This document shows, piece after piece, positions 12,095 through 21,883 of a stretch of DNA of 64,000 nucleotides. The notes below the pieces were generated by a model that saw nothing but the letters and a program-made list of their open reading frames with translations, did not search any database and was not told the DNA's origin. The first letter of the stretch is position 1. Every line of letters starts with the position of its first letter. This stretch comes from an uncultured Nitrososphaerota archaeon (GTDB lineage: Archaea > Thermoproteota > Nitrososphaeria > Nitrososphaerales > Nitrosopumilaceae), in contig OY969559.1 in assembly GCA_963701075.1 (NCBI GenBank), positions 608,001-672,000 of the forward strand, in the 5' to 3' direction. A program made the translations under genes and the position numbers.

Positions 12095-12196
12095 AGTTTA
12101 AACAGCCTCAAACTAATTTTTATACCTTTGTTGTCTTTGATCCAGAACAAATAGACCAGAAGATTAAAATTTACAAGAAAGGGCACATTCGATGCT

Positions 12197-12928
12197 TTGG
12201 GTAAAAGACCACTAGTGAGAAGACGGGGTAGAGGCGGAAAACAATTTCGTGCAGCGTATACTGGCAAGTTATCTCCAGCAAAATACCCAAGATTTACCCT
12301 ATCTGAACAACATGAGGCTGAGGTAGTTGATATAGTTCATGAGACTGGCCGTGATGCGCCTCTTGCCAGAGTAAGATTTGAGAATGGAACTTGGTCCCTT
12401 GTTCCGTCCGTTTTAGGTACTAAGATAGGTTCAAAATTCCAATTTGGATTAAAATCAGGCATTTCTTCTGGAAACGTCATTAGTATACAAAACATTCCTG
12501 ACGGAACGCTTGTATGTAATGTGGAAAGACACTTTGGAGACGGAGGATCTCTAGTAAAATCTGCAGGTTCTTATGCTACTGTCTTTTCTCACGGTAATGA
12601 AGGTGTAACACTAAAACTACCGTCAGGCAAGTTTACCACCCTTCACCCACAGAACCGAGCTATGATTGGTGTCCTTGCAGGGGGTGGAGCAGGTGATAGA
12701 CCTTTCATGAGGGCAGGTGTGGCATGGCGTAAAATGCGCTCTAGGGGTAGAAAGTATCCTATAGTAAGAGGTGTTGCTCAGGCAGTGTATGTACACCCAC
12801 ATGGTGGTGGAAGACATCAACATGTTGGTAGAAGTTCAACCGTTTCAAGAAATGCTCCTCCGGGACGTAAAGTTGGTAGTATCGCAGCAAGAAAGACAGG
12901 AAGATCCAGAGTCAAAGAAAGAGCGTAA
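12197..12928 (+). CDS. rpl2: 50S ribosomal protein uL2
   Basis: MGKRPLVRRRGRG, HETGRDAP, HPHGGG, APPGRKVG. Confidence 0.97.
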   Translation: MGKRPLVRRRGRGGKQFRAAYTGKLSPAKYPRFTLSEQHEAEVVDIVHETGRDAPLARVRFENGTWSLVPSVLGTKIGSKFQFGLKSGISSGNVISIQNIPDGTLVCNVERHFGDGGSLVKSAGSYATVFSHGNEGVTLKLPSGKFTTLHPQNRAMIGVLAGGGAGDRPFMRAGVAWRKMRSRGRKYPIVRGVAQAVYVHPHGGGRHQHVGRSSTVSRNAPPGRKVGSIAARKTGRSRVKERA

Positions 12929-12968
12929 TCTACTAAAGCTAATTAATAGTCAAGGTAAAACCGGATTT

Positions 12969-13247
12969 ATGACATCAAAAAGAGTTCATCTTTACGTTAA
13001 CGGAAAGGTTCAAGGAGTTTATTTTCGACAAGGAATGAAAGAAACTGCAGAAAAAAACAATGTGAAAGGTTGGGTTAGGAATCTTCTCGATAAAAGTGTT
13101 GAAGCAGTCTTGGAAGGTGAAGAATCTAATGTGGATGCTGTGATAGATTGGAGCAATTTCGGTCCTCCTGGAGCAATAGTGGATGAACTCAAAGTTATAA
13201 TCGAAGATAATGTTGAAGAACTCGCAGATTTTGAAATTCTTTTCTAG
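12969..13247 (+). CDS. acyP: Acylphosphatase
   Basis: VNGKVQGVYFR, GWVRN, GPPGA; start moved to ATG 12969. Confidence 0.93.
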   Translation: MTSKRVHLYVNGKVQGVYFRQGMKETAEKNNVKGWVRNLLDKSVEAVLEGEESNVDAVIDWSNFGPPGAIVDELKVIIEDNVEELADFEILF

Positions 13248-13573
13248 TGTATGTTTGAATAAGCATCAGAGAGCAGATTCTTGACTTCATCAAGGTTTTG
13301 ATTCGCTCTTATCTCAATTTCTTTTACTGGTTCTTTTCTATCTCTTCTGATTTTTGCAATAACGGATTCTCTTTGTGGTTCAATATCAACAAAGTATCTA
13401 AAGGTCATAGATTTACAAAATACTATCCTATGCATTCGTACATCTTCTAATACGTTATTGCCTAATGAAAAGCAATAATTTCGTAGTTCTTCAAATAACG
13501 GTTTTATCTGAGGTGTTAACTGTTTCTTGAAATCATCATATGTTCTCGTATGCCCAGAAATTAGACCGTCCAT
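13244..13573 (-). CDS. Conserved hypothetical protein (DUF5655/DUF1801-like)
   Basis: 109-aa ORF; LFEELRNY...LGNNVLED pattern; family match by eye only. Confidence 0.6.
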   Translation of the reverse strand: MDGLISGHTRTYDDFKKQLTPQIKPLFEELRNYCFSLGNNVLEDVRMHRIVFCKSMTFRYFVDIEPQRESVIAKIRRDRKEPVKEIEIRANQNLDEVKNLLSDAYSNIH

Positions 13574-13602
13574 GCTTTTGTCATTTTATAATGGAATATT
13601 TA

Positions 13603-13919
13603 GGTAGTAGCTCTGCTAGTTCCAGTCTAGGCAGATGGCCTCATCTCAAGTCAAGCAAGATCCGCCACGTAGACGACGCAGCGTGAATGCTCTACCTTAG
13701 GATTGCTCCCTCCCGGACCTCATCCCTTTCGGCAGTTAGAACTTGAGAGCTATCCCTTCGGACAGTCTCAGTCCTGCATCCACCCGCTTCGGCGTGATTT
13801 CATCTCCGCAAGTCAAGCGAGTATCATCCATCTAGAGATTTACCCAGCAGTTGCTGACCTCTGCATATAGCCGGTTTCAGAGGCAGGGCACGGCTAGCGC
13901 CCCAGTCCTACCTACTACC
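13603..13919 (-). ncRNA. Archaeal SRP (7S) RNA
   Basis: GC-rich ~317 nt, complementary termini GGTAGTAG/CTACTACC, helix-8 motif AGGTCCGGGAGGGAGCA on minus strand. Confidence 0.93.
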
Positions 13920-13951
13920 AAAATATCGTTATGATAAGATCTTTATGTGCA

Positions 13952-14873
13952 TTAGGGTTGATTTAGTCCTAGATTCAATAGTGTATTGCATACGGCACAC
14001 ACGTCTCCAGTGCACTCTGCTCCACATTTTGAGCAATTTTTCCATATCTTGCCAGGTTCGTCTCTGAGTATGGAGGAAACTTTCAAAATTGAGTTGTACA
14101 TGTTGTTCTTGATTCCAATGTGATTCTTTTCCAATGAATTGAGGAAATTGCGTATCTCTGTTCTTATACCCTCATTCATGTGAGGACATTCTTCTGATTG
14201 AAATGGAATGTCATTTGTAAAAGCATAGAAGACAATCTCATTTTCATAAATTTCACAAAATGGCTTTATCTTTCTTGTTTTGTTATTTGATAGTTCTGGA
14301 TCCATCCAACCTATCTTACTTGTATCCCCTGAAAGAAGATTGATGATAAAAGTCTGAATAAAATCATCCATGTTATGACCCGTTGCAACTGTGTCTACTC
14401 CCAAGTCTTTTGCACCAAAATCAATAGCACGCCTTCTTAATATGCCACATATGGAACAAGATGAGATCTTTTTCTTTTCTCTTCAGCTCAAGCGATTGTT
14501 CCAAGGTCGTACCAAAAAGCTCCTTGTATGAATAAACATCATGCTCAACCTGAATCTTGTCGCAAAAATTTCTTACCATCTCTAATGCCTCGTCCCTATA
14601 TCCGGGAATTCCCTCGTCAATTGTAATCGCCCTGAGCGTAAAGTCATGATTCAATGAAATTTGCTTCAATGCATGCAAGAGAGACAGTGAATCTTTTCCG
14701 CCAGAAACAGCAACACCAACCACATCTCCGCCATTGATCATCTTGTATTTTGAGATAGTTTTTGCAGTCTTTCGCACAATTGACTTTGAAAAGCAATCTG
14801 AACAAAGATTTTCTCCAGAATATTTCCTAGAATAAACCGTTGTATTTTCACACCAATCGCATTTCATGACCAA
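13952..14873 (-). CDS. TtuA/Ncs6-type (TIGR00269) tRNA 2-thiolation PP-loop ATPase; apparent +1 frameshift at 14484-14488
   Basis: Terminal CxxC zinc fingers, SGGKDS, TGHNMDD, CPH; repair restores ELREKKKISSCSICGILRR. Confidence 0.88.
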
Positions 14874-14916
14874 GTCTTCTCATTCCTTAATTTAACTATA
14901 TTTTGTTTCGAGTTTC

Positions 14917-16120
14917 TTAAATTGTAATAAAACCAGATTTGAGTGCTGATAATGCTATGTTTAGCGCAAATAAAATGAAAGTAAAGGTGTACAGAGACAA
15001 CATAGTTCCTTTCAATGCTTTTTCAGACATTCTCTTTTCAATTATGCTATGGACAAATTTACCGCCATCAAGTATAGGCAAAGGTAGCATGTTGAATATT
15101 CCAATGAAAAATGATAGCATCCACAACCACAATAAAAACATGAATACTTCTGGACTCCAGTGTATGTAATAAGGTACTACTGGCTGATAGGAAGGTAACG
15201 CAGTCTCTCATGATTCCAAGCATGCCCTTCTGAGGATCATCTTTTGACGGAGTAACTATCACAGGAATTTGAAGAGTTTGTCCTGATCTGGTAAGAGTCA
15301 CAGTCGCAGTATCTCCAGGCTTTAGCTGAACTTTTGCAAAGTCTTGTGGAAGAGCTATGTGAACTCCGTTAATTCCAGTTATAATGTCATCTTTTTGTAA
15401 TCCTGCCTTTTCAGCTCCTGATCCAGGTTCGACAGAAATTATTGGAACGCCTAAAGGTTCACTATAGAGTACATTTCGTATACCGTCTGGCATGATTAGG
15501 GCAAAGGATGGATTAAACAAAAGAAGACCGGCAATTACGAAAGAGAATATGATATTTGATGTTGCACCCGCACCTATTACTCTGAGCCGTGATATTTTTT
15601 TGGCCTTTGCAAATTCTTCCTCATCTGGCTCTACAAAGCCTGCAAATAGTGCAATGAATACCGCAAAACCTCCTGTCTTGATCTTTATCTTTTCAAGGGT
15701 TGCTACTATTCCATGTGCTCCTTCGTGCATTACTAGCACAATTGGAACGGCAAGAAGAAAATATGCTATATTGGCGCTTGATTGAATTGTAACTCCAGGT
15801 ATGAGTACCGTCATCTCAGCAAATGCTTCTGGCTTTACAAAGAAGTTGGAAAGATTAGAAATGAGATACCAAAAACCAGCTCCCATCATTATAAATCCCA
15901 ATACGACACTTGCGTTTGAGAAAATTCTTGTTGCACGTTCCGTTCTGCCCAAAAGCCTAGTCAAAAGTAACTGAACATTTTGATTTTTGTAGGTTATGCT
16001 GTATGGTTTTACCTCAAAGCCACGTTTATCCAGTTTTGAGACCTTTGCTATTGCAAATACGATACACCATGCAATCAGAACATAGATGATAGAATTCTGC
16101 TGCAAAAATCCAAATGCCAA
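14917..16120 (-). CDS. Site-2 (M50) intramembrane metalloprotease with PDZ domain; apparent +1 frameshift at 15202-15206
   Basis: HEGAH, AFVEP-like GFVEP, PDZ (SGAEKAGLQKDD), NMLPLPILDGG in downstream fragment. Confidence 0.92.
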
Positions 16121-16166
16121 ATTAATTGATACTCTTTTTAGTCAGGGCAAATTTATCAGTTGCTAT

Positions 16167-16514
16167 ATGGGAATTGTGATAGTTTCAACATATCCAAACA
16201 AAAAATCCATATCTAAAATCGCAAATATGATAGTAAACAAGGGATTAGCAGCATGTGTTAATTATACAAAAATAAACTCTGTATATACATGGAAAAAAAA
16301 GACAGAAAACACCGAGGAGTTTTTGGCACTTTTCAAGACTACAGCAAAAACAAAAGAATTACTCAAAAAGGAGATCGCAAAAACACATCCATACAAAGTT
16401 CCAGAAATTGTGGAGCTAAAAGTGGACTCGGTAAATACGTCCTATCAGATTTGGCTCATGAATTCAACTCGTAAGGCTAAACCTAAGAAGAGAGACAATG
16501 CCTCCAAGAGATGA
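16167..16514 (+). CDS. cutA: Divalent-cation tolerance protein CutA
   Basis: GLAACVN, SVYTWK, THPYKVPEI; start moved to ATG 16167. Confidence 0.92.
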   Translation: MGIVIVSTYPNKKSISKIANMIVNKGLAACVNYTKINSVYTWKKKTENTEEFLALFKTTAKTKELLKKEIAKTHPYKVPEIVELKVDSVNTSYQIWLMNSTRKAKPKKRDNASKR

Positions 16515-17516
16515 GATCCTAAGGCCGACGTCTGTTGTTGAATCTACTGCATATACTTCTACTCCCTTTCCCTCGGCTTGATTTAGAAATGCAATAATCT
16601 TGTCTTCATCATGATTTTCAAAAATCTTGTCAGAGAAGACTAGTGATTGTACAGCTCCTGCTTCGTTTGCTCTTGATGTTTCGTCAAAACCCATTGTAAA
16701 CTTGTTAATTTTTTTATTTACCATTAGCATTATCTCATCTAAAATAGAAGATACCTTTGCAATCTTACTTTTGGTGAGCGCCTGTCTCATCGTTTCTGAC
16801 TTGATAAATGTGTAGATGCCGTCTTCTCCACTTGAATCAATGCCATCGATTACACGAATTGTGTGCCCCTTAATGGATGGTAATTCAAAAAGAAAATTTC
16901 CTAACCTTTTTTTTGTTTCTCCGGGGCCAAATATTATGATCTCATCTCTTTCTCTTATTGTAGATGATACTGCACCTTGAACCTCTTTGAAAAAATCTTC
17001 TATATTGAATTTAGATTTGTATCTCTTGCCACTTGCGCCAGAGTATAGGTTAGGTATAATCTTGAGATGAGTACCAGTTAACCTTCCTATGCCACAATCA
17101 GTAGTATCTACTGCAATAAGTAAGAAGCTACCTGTGTCTTTCTTTCCAAAAAGCAATTTATTTTCAATATCGCTCCAATTTTTCTTAATCAAAGTTATTG
17201 GTTCACCAATTCTCAGAGTTATGGAATGATGTGAACCCTTGCTAACAGATTCACTGTCTGATTCTGTTATGATTCCATGAACTTTTAATCTATCAACAAC
17301 ATCATCTATAGAGATTTTTTCTACATCTAGAGCAACACGAATTTTGATCCTTTCTCCTCTGTCAGGTCTTGCAAAGTCTTTGTCTTGTTTTACAACACGG
17401 GTAGTATCTCCTATTATTCTGTCTTGATTACGTATGACCCTTCGTAATGTAAAAAGATCATCAGACTCTTCAGGTATTAATGCAACTGAATTCTCATCGA
17501 TTTTCTTTGTAATCAA
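16464..17516 (-). CDS. pelA: mRNA surveillance protein pelota
   Basis: PEESDDLFTL, GSHHSITL, GPGETK, LGGIVSLLRF. Confidence 0.93.
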   Translation of the reverse strand: MITKKIDENSVALIPEESDDLFTLRRVIRNQDRIIGDTTRVVKQDKDFARPDRGERIKIRVALDVEKISIDDVVDRLKVHGIITESDSESVSKGSHHSITLRIGEPITLIKKNWSDIENKLLFGKKDTGSFLLIAVDTTDCGIGRLTGTHLKIIPNLYSGASGKRYKSKFNIEDFFKEVQGAVSSTIRERDEIIIFGPGETKKRLGNFLFELPSIKGHTIRVIDGIDSSGEDGIYTFIKSETMRQALTKSKIAKVSSILDEIMLMVNKKINKFTMGFDETSRANEAGAVQSLVFSDKIFENHDEDKIIAFLNQAEGKGVEVYAVDSTTDVGLRISSLGGIVSLLRFSLTS

Positions 17517-17558
17517 CTTTGTATCCTATAAGAATATGCAATAATAAAAAAGAGTGAT

Positions 17559-17981
17559 CTAATTCGTTAATTCATTGGGCTTGACCTGTTTCTCTTCCGC
17601 CTTTTTCCTCAGGTAGTTTTGAACCCATTCTTGTGTTATTACTCCGGCTTCAGTCAAGTTTACCAGTGTATTGGTAGATGCCTCGCCAGTTACCTTTCCT
17701 GTGGTGCGCCTGATTTGTCTCCACTTTAGATTTGTATTGCCACTTTTTGACGAATAAATTATGCCAAGAACCTCTTTTGCGTTGACAAAAATCATATCAC
17801 GAATCTTCTTGAGAGTTACCTTGTCTGCTGCCTCTACATAGATTAGACCAGGCGAAGTCTCGCGTTCAGGAAACACTTCGTAATCCTCCAAGTAGCTTTC
17901 TGGAACAAACGAATTACATGTACTTAGGACTACGAATTTCCTAAAACTTTCAAGCGAACAGGTAGCGTCGATTGTTACCAT
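17559..17981 (-). CDS. Hypothetical protein
   Basis: 140-aa ATG ORF with no competing long ORF; no recognised motif. Confidence 0.7.
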   Translation of the reverse strand: MVTIDATCSLESFRKFVVLSTCNSFVPESYLEDYEVFPERETSPGLIYVEAADKVTLKKIRDMIFVNAKEVLGIIYSSKSGNTNLKWRQIRRTTGKVTGEASTNTLVNLTEAGVITQEWVQNYLRKKAEEKQVKPNELTN

Positions 17982-18054
17982 TTGTCTAGATTTCGTAACC
18001 GCCTTTTATCAAGCTTCTTGAAAGACTCAATTAGGAACGAGAAAAATTACTTGC

Positions 18055-18117
18055 TGCAGGCGTTGATGACCAAATCCCTTTGATTTGATGAGAAGGATCT
18101 TGAGTTCTGAGCCTGCA
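18055..18117 (+). ncRNA. C/D-box guide sRNA
   Basis: Terminal stem TGCAGGC/GCCTGCA; C TTGATGA 18063-18069, D' TTGA 18080-18083, C' TTGATGA 18085-18091, D CTGA 18107-18110; intergenic. Confidence 0.85.
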
Positions 18118-18152
18118 CTTGATTTTTATGAAATGAGAAATTCTACTATACC

Positions 18153-18572
18153 ATGAAATCACTCACTGAATATCTAATATTTAATGTTCAATCACGAATA
18201 GGATTTGTGAATATCACATCTGATGTACGAAAAATAATTCAGAAGAGTGGAATCAAAGAGGGCATCTGCCTAGTTAATGCGATGCATATTACATCTAGTG
18301 TATTTATCAACGATGATGAAAACGGTCTTCATCAAGACTATGAGCGATGGCTTGAAGACTTGGCACCTCATGAACCAATATCAAAATACGAGCACAATAA
18401 AACAGGAGAAGATAATGCAGACGCACATCTTAAGAGGCAAATCATGGGAAGAGAAGTTGTAGTTGCGATAACAAAAGGTCAACTTGATTTTGGACCGTGG
18501 GAACAGATATTCTATGGTGAGTTTGATGGGCGAAGATCAAAACGTGTGCTTGTAAAGATTATTGGCGAATAA
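18153..18572 (+). CDS. yjbQ: YjbQ/UPF0047 family protein
   Basis: [36 protein letters not shown]. Confidence 0.93.
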   Translation: MKSLTEYLIFNVQSRIGFVNITSDVRKIIQKSGIKEGICLVNAMHITSSVFINDDENGLHQDYERWLEDLAPHEPISKYEHNKTGEDNADAHLKRQIMGREVVVAITKGQLDFGPWEQIFYGEFDGRRSKRVLVKIIGE

Positions 18573-18728
18573 TTAACTCAAAGAACCGCGTTTCTGACTT
18601 CCTTCTGTAACCGGTGTATTCTTAAAACTCTCTTCGTGGTTCTGAGGGCCATGACTACATTTGACACAGCCAACTTTGAAGCCATTAGAATCCTTCACAT
18701 ATGTCTCGCAACCGCAGAAACAAGTCAT
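18573..18728 (-). CDS. 51-aa Cys/His-rich putative metal-binding microprotein
   Basis: Manual translation MTCFCGCETYVKDSNGFKVGCVKCSHGPQNHEESFKNTPVTEGSQKRGSLS; fills the gap exactly; TATA upstream. Confidence 0.7.
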   Translation of the reverse strand: MTCFCGCETYVKDSNGFKVGCVKCSHGPQNHEESFKNTPVTEGSQKRGSLS

Positions 18729-18752
18729 ACTTCTTTGAAAACCTAATCCGTG

Positions 18753-18765
18753 ATATAACTTATTT
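18753..18765 (-). promoter_or_regulatory. Putative BRE/TATA for the 51-aa ORF
   Basis: Minus strand AAATAAG-TTATAT, TATA 25-30 nt upstream of ATG 18728 (leaderless geometry). Confidence 0.5.
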
Positions 18766-18770
18766 CAAAA

Positions 18771-19223
18771 CTAAATCTTACAACAGTTTCCACGTGGGAT
18801 GTCATGTCCATGGGGGCACTTTCTTGGATGTTTTAACATTGTACATAGGGCGTCCGTGAACTGTTCATTCATGTGATGCTCTATTCCGCAAACCATCTCT
18901 TCATCAATGTCAACCTTTAGAGCACTATCCATCAAGACTTCAAGCAGTCTGCTATTTCGCATCATATTGGAGCCAATTTGTTCTCCATTCTTAGTTAGGG
19001 AAACTCCGCCTTTGTTGTAGTTTACAAGTTTAGTATCATCCAGCTTTTTTAACATCTGCACCACGCTTGGCTGTCTTACGTTTAGCATCTTTGCTATCGT
19101 GCTTATCTTTACTGGATCTCCACCTTCCTTTATGTGCCATATTGCCTTTAAGTACATCTCAACATGTTCAGCCTCTGCAGTCCCAACAAACAGAACTTCT
19201 TGGTCTTTCATAATATTTTGCAT
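18771..19223 (-). CDS. DtxR/MntR-family metal-dependent transcriptional regulator
   Basis: EMYLKAI, IAKMLNVRQPSV HTH, RLLEVL, GIEHHM, CPHGHDIP. Confidence 0.92.
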   Translation of the reverse strand: MQNIMKDQEVLFVGTAEAEHVEMYLKAIWHIKEGGDPVKISTIAKMLNVRQPSVVQMLKKLDDTKLVNYNKGGVSLTKNGEQIGSNMMRNSRLLEVLMDSALKVDIDEEMVCGIEHHMNEQFTDALCTMLKHPRKCPHGHDIPRGNCCKI

Positions 19224-19231
19224 ATCGTACC

Positions 19232-20002
19232 TTACTTTACGTCTTTTGATTCTCTCAATAAATATTCAAAGTATTCGCGCGCAAAACCGGCAAGACCGGA
19301 ATGATCAGCCCATATGGCAACAGCTTCTTTTGAACTCGAGGTACCAAGTTCTTCTCCAAGTAACAAAACTACATATCTCTTATCTGAGATGATACCACCT
19401 CCAAAGAGTCCTTTTTTTAATTTAACCTTGGATACTCGTGATAGTGACTTTAATGTGTCAGTATCAACATCTTCAGATACTAGAATAGTGATATCTACGC
19501 CTCTATCGTGCAGTAACCTAAGCTTTGGTAGCGCTTCCTTTGCCACGCCCTCGGCGACTTTGGGTATGGCAATCAGTACCTCATTTCTGCAAGAGTCAAC
19601 CATTTCAAGAATCTTGGTTGCTATATTTACGACTCCAGAAATGATCCAAATGTCAGGCCTCTCACTTGTTCCACTTTGTTCGTAAAGTGGCGTAAGTTCC
19701 TTCAGTATCACACTCTCGTTATTTCTGAAATCTGCCTCAGTTTGCTGTCTTGATGTCTGTACAGCTGTAGCCGGAGATTTTGCAAAATACTGCGTGGGAC
19801 GTGAATCATCAGAGCCTATCCATCCCTTATCTTCTAGGGTGCCTAGAACCTCGTATATCTTGGAATAGGGTACTCCGGACTTTTGACTCAGGTCAGAGGC
19901 TGTTATTGGACCAGTCTTAAGAAGTGAAGCATACGTCTTTATCTCATAACTTGTAAGCCCCATCTTCTCAAGGGCCTTCCTAGTCTTGTCAGAGAGACTC
20001 AT
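19232..20002 (-). CDS. TrmB-family transcriptional regulator
   Basis: MGLTSYEIKTY, SGVPYSKIYEVL..LEDKGW, C-terminal PLD-like effector domain. Confidence 0.92.
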   Translation of the reverse strand: MSLSDKTRKALEKMGLTSYEIKTYASLLKTGPITASDLSQKSGVPYSKIYEVLGTLEDKGWIGSDDSRPTQYFAKSPATAVQTSRQQTEADFRNNESVILKELTPLYEQSGTSERPDIWIISGVVNIATKILEMVDSCRNEVLIAIPKVAEGVAKEALPKLRLLHDRGVDITILVSEDVDTDTLKSLSRVSKVKLKKGLFGGGIISDKRYVVLLLGEELGTSSSKEAVAIWADHSGLAGFAREYFEYLLRESKDVK

Positions 20003-20146
20003 GTGATATCAATCGAAGGATCCATGATATATATACCTAGAATTAGGAGCTTGATCGCAGGCCAGCAGGCGCGCGTTCTACCTATTCATCTGGTGTCTTG
20101 TTGGAAATGGGTTAAATACTCTTTTCTAAGATATGCCAATAACGGT

Positions 20147-21811
20147 ATGGAACTAATTCAGATATCTAATCTTAAGACTCCTACTATAGGGAAAAAGTCT
20201 ACCATCAGGTTTACTCAAAGCATATGCCCAGACTGCAACATGATACTTGATGCCGAGGTCTTTGAAAGAGACGGCAAGGTATTCATGACAAAAACATGCC
20301 CCACGCATGGTGAATGTGAGGAGCTTTACTTTGGTTCATACGAAATGTATAGGAAGTTTAGCACCTATTGGATGGATGGCAAGGGCGCTCATGCCCCTAA
20401 CGTGATGATTGACAAATGTTCTTGTCCAAACAACTGTGGATTGTGTTCTAACCATCTCTCACACAGTGGACTAGCAAACATGATAGTAACTAACAGATGC
20501 GATTTGACTTGCTGGTATTGCTTCTTCTATGTAAAGAAAGGTCTTGAAGGCGCATACATGTATGAACCTACACAAGATCAGGTAAGAGCAATGATGAAGA
20601 CCCTAAAGGCAGAGAGGCCAATTCCTGGTAACTCTATGCAAATTACTGGCGGTGAACCAATGTTACGAGAAGACATTGCTGATGTTATCAAAATAATGAA
20701 AGAAGAAGGCGTAGACCATATTCAGATGAACACAAACGGAATCAGGTTTGCTCTAGATCCGGAAGCACTGCGAGAAGTCAGACTTGCAGGTGTAAATAAT
20801 CTGTATCTTAGCTTTGACGGTGTAACTCCAAGAACAAATCCAAAGAATCATTGGGAGATTCCATATGCATTAGAAAGTGCAAGAAAGACAGGAACCACTG
20901 TTGTCTTTGTACCTACCGTTATCAAATCAATTAATGATCATGAACTAGGCGGCATTATCAGATATGCACAAAAGAATCTTGATGTTGTGCACGCAGTTAA
21001 CTTCCAGCCAGTCTCGCTGACAGGAAGAATGGGGAAGAAAGAACGTGAGAAATACAGAATCACAATTCCAGACTGCATACAAAGAATTGAAGAGCAAACC
21101 GGTGCTGAAGTAACAGTAGATGACTGGTTCCCAGTTCCAAGCTGTATGCCACTGACAAACGTTATTGAGGCATTTTCAAGTAAACCAAAATACGAATTAT
21201 CAATTCATTTTGCATGTGGTGCAGGAACATACATCTTTGAAGATCAGGACACTAAAAAATTCGTCCCATTGACGAAATTTGCAGATATTCAAGGAATGTT
21301 GGAGCTCTTCGAAGACAAGGCAGAAGAGATTCGTTCTGGTAAAAACAAGTATTTCACAATGCTAGAGGTTGTAAGAAAACTCTCAAGCTTTGTAGATAGA
21401 AAGAAGCAACCAGCAGGCCTTGACTTGGCAAAGATGTTTGGTAACATCTTGATGAAGAGATCATTTGATTCAGTTGGTTCATGGCATGTAAAGGGACTCT
21501 TCTTAGGCATGATGCACTTCCAAGACAAGTATAACGAAGACTTGGAAAGACTGCAAAGATGCGATATTCACTATGTGACACCAGACCTTAGAATAATTCC
21601 ATTCTGTGCATTCAACGTAATTCCAGAATGGTATAGAGACAGAATCCAAAAGAAATATTCTACAACAGTAGAAGAATGGGAGCAAAGAGTTGGAGCAAAG
21701 CTAGAAGATGGTCTCTACAGGGGTATAATGAGAAGAGGATCAGGTGACGAACTTGCGGCAGGATGTGCAAAAAGCCAGATGTTCCACGAAGCATCTCAAG
21801 CTTTAATGTAA
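20147..21811 (+). CDS. tes: Tetraether lipid synthase (Tes/GDGT-MAS, MJ0619-like radical SAM)
   Basis: SICPDC...KTCPTHG, CPNNCGLCSNH, NRCDLTCWYC, TGGEP, MHFQD.YN...RC.IHY...IIPFC; start moved to ATG 20147. Confidence 0.88.
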   Translation: MELIQISNLKTPTIGKKSTIRFTQSICPDCNMILDAEVFERDGKVFMTKTCPTHGECEELYFGSYEMYRKFSTYWMDGKGAHAPNVMIDKCSCPNNCGLCSNHLSHSGLANMIVTNRCDLTCWYCFFYVKKGLEGAYMYEPTQDQVRAMMKTLKAERPIPGNSMQITGGEPMLREDIADVIKIMKEEGVDHIQMNTNGIRFALDPEALREVRLAGVNNLYLSFDGVTPRTNPKNHWEIPYALESARKTGTTVVFVPTVIKSINDHELGGIIRYAQKNLDVVHAVNFQPVSLTGRMGKKEREKYRITIPDCIQRIEEQTGAEVTVDDWFPVPSCMPLTNVIEAFSSKPKYELSIHFACGAGTYIFEDQDTKKFVPLTKFADIQGMLELFEDKAEEIRSGKNKYFTMLEVVRKLSSFVDRKKQPAGLDLAKMFGNILMKRSFDSVGSWHVKGLFLGMMHFQDKYNEDLERLQRCDIHYVTPDLRIIPFCAFNVIPEWYRDRIQKKYSTTVEEWEQRVGAKLEDGLYRGIMRRGSGDELAAGCAKSQMFHEASQALM

Positions 21812-21883
21812 TTTTCTCAAATCTTTTCATTTTACGTTTTAAATTCTAAAGATTAATTGTAAGGTATTGTATCACAATTCTAA

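Noticed and set aside
13743-13771. Bulge in an SRP RNA hairpin (AGTCTCA opposite TGAGAGCT)
   Set aside because: Could be another AGCT-linked deletion or a natural bulge; cannot be decided without reads, so not counted
20045-20100. Short GC-rich patch between trmB and tes as a possible sRNA
   Set aside because: No complete C/D box set or convincing stem found by eye
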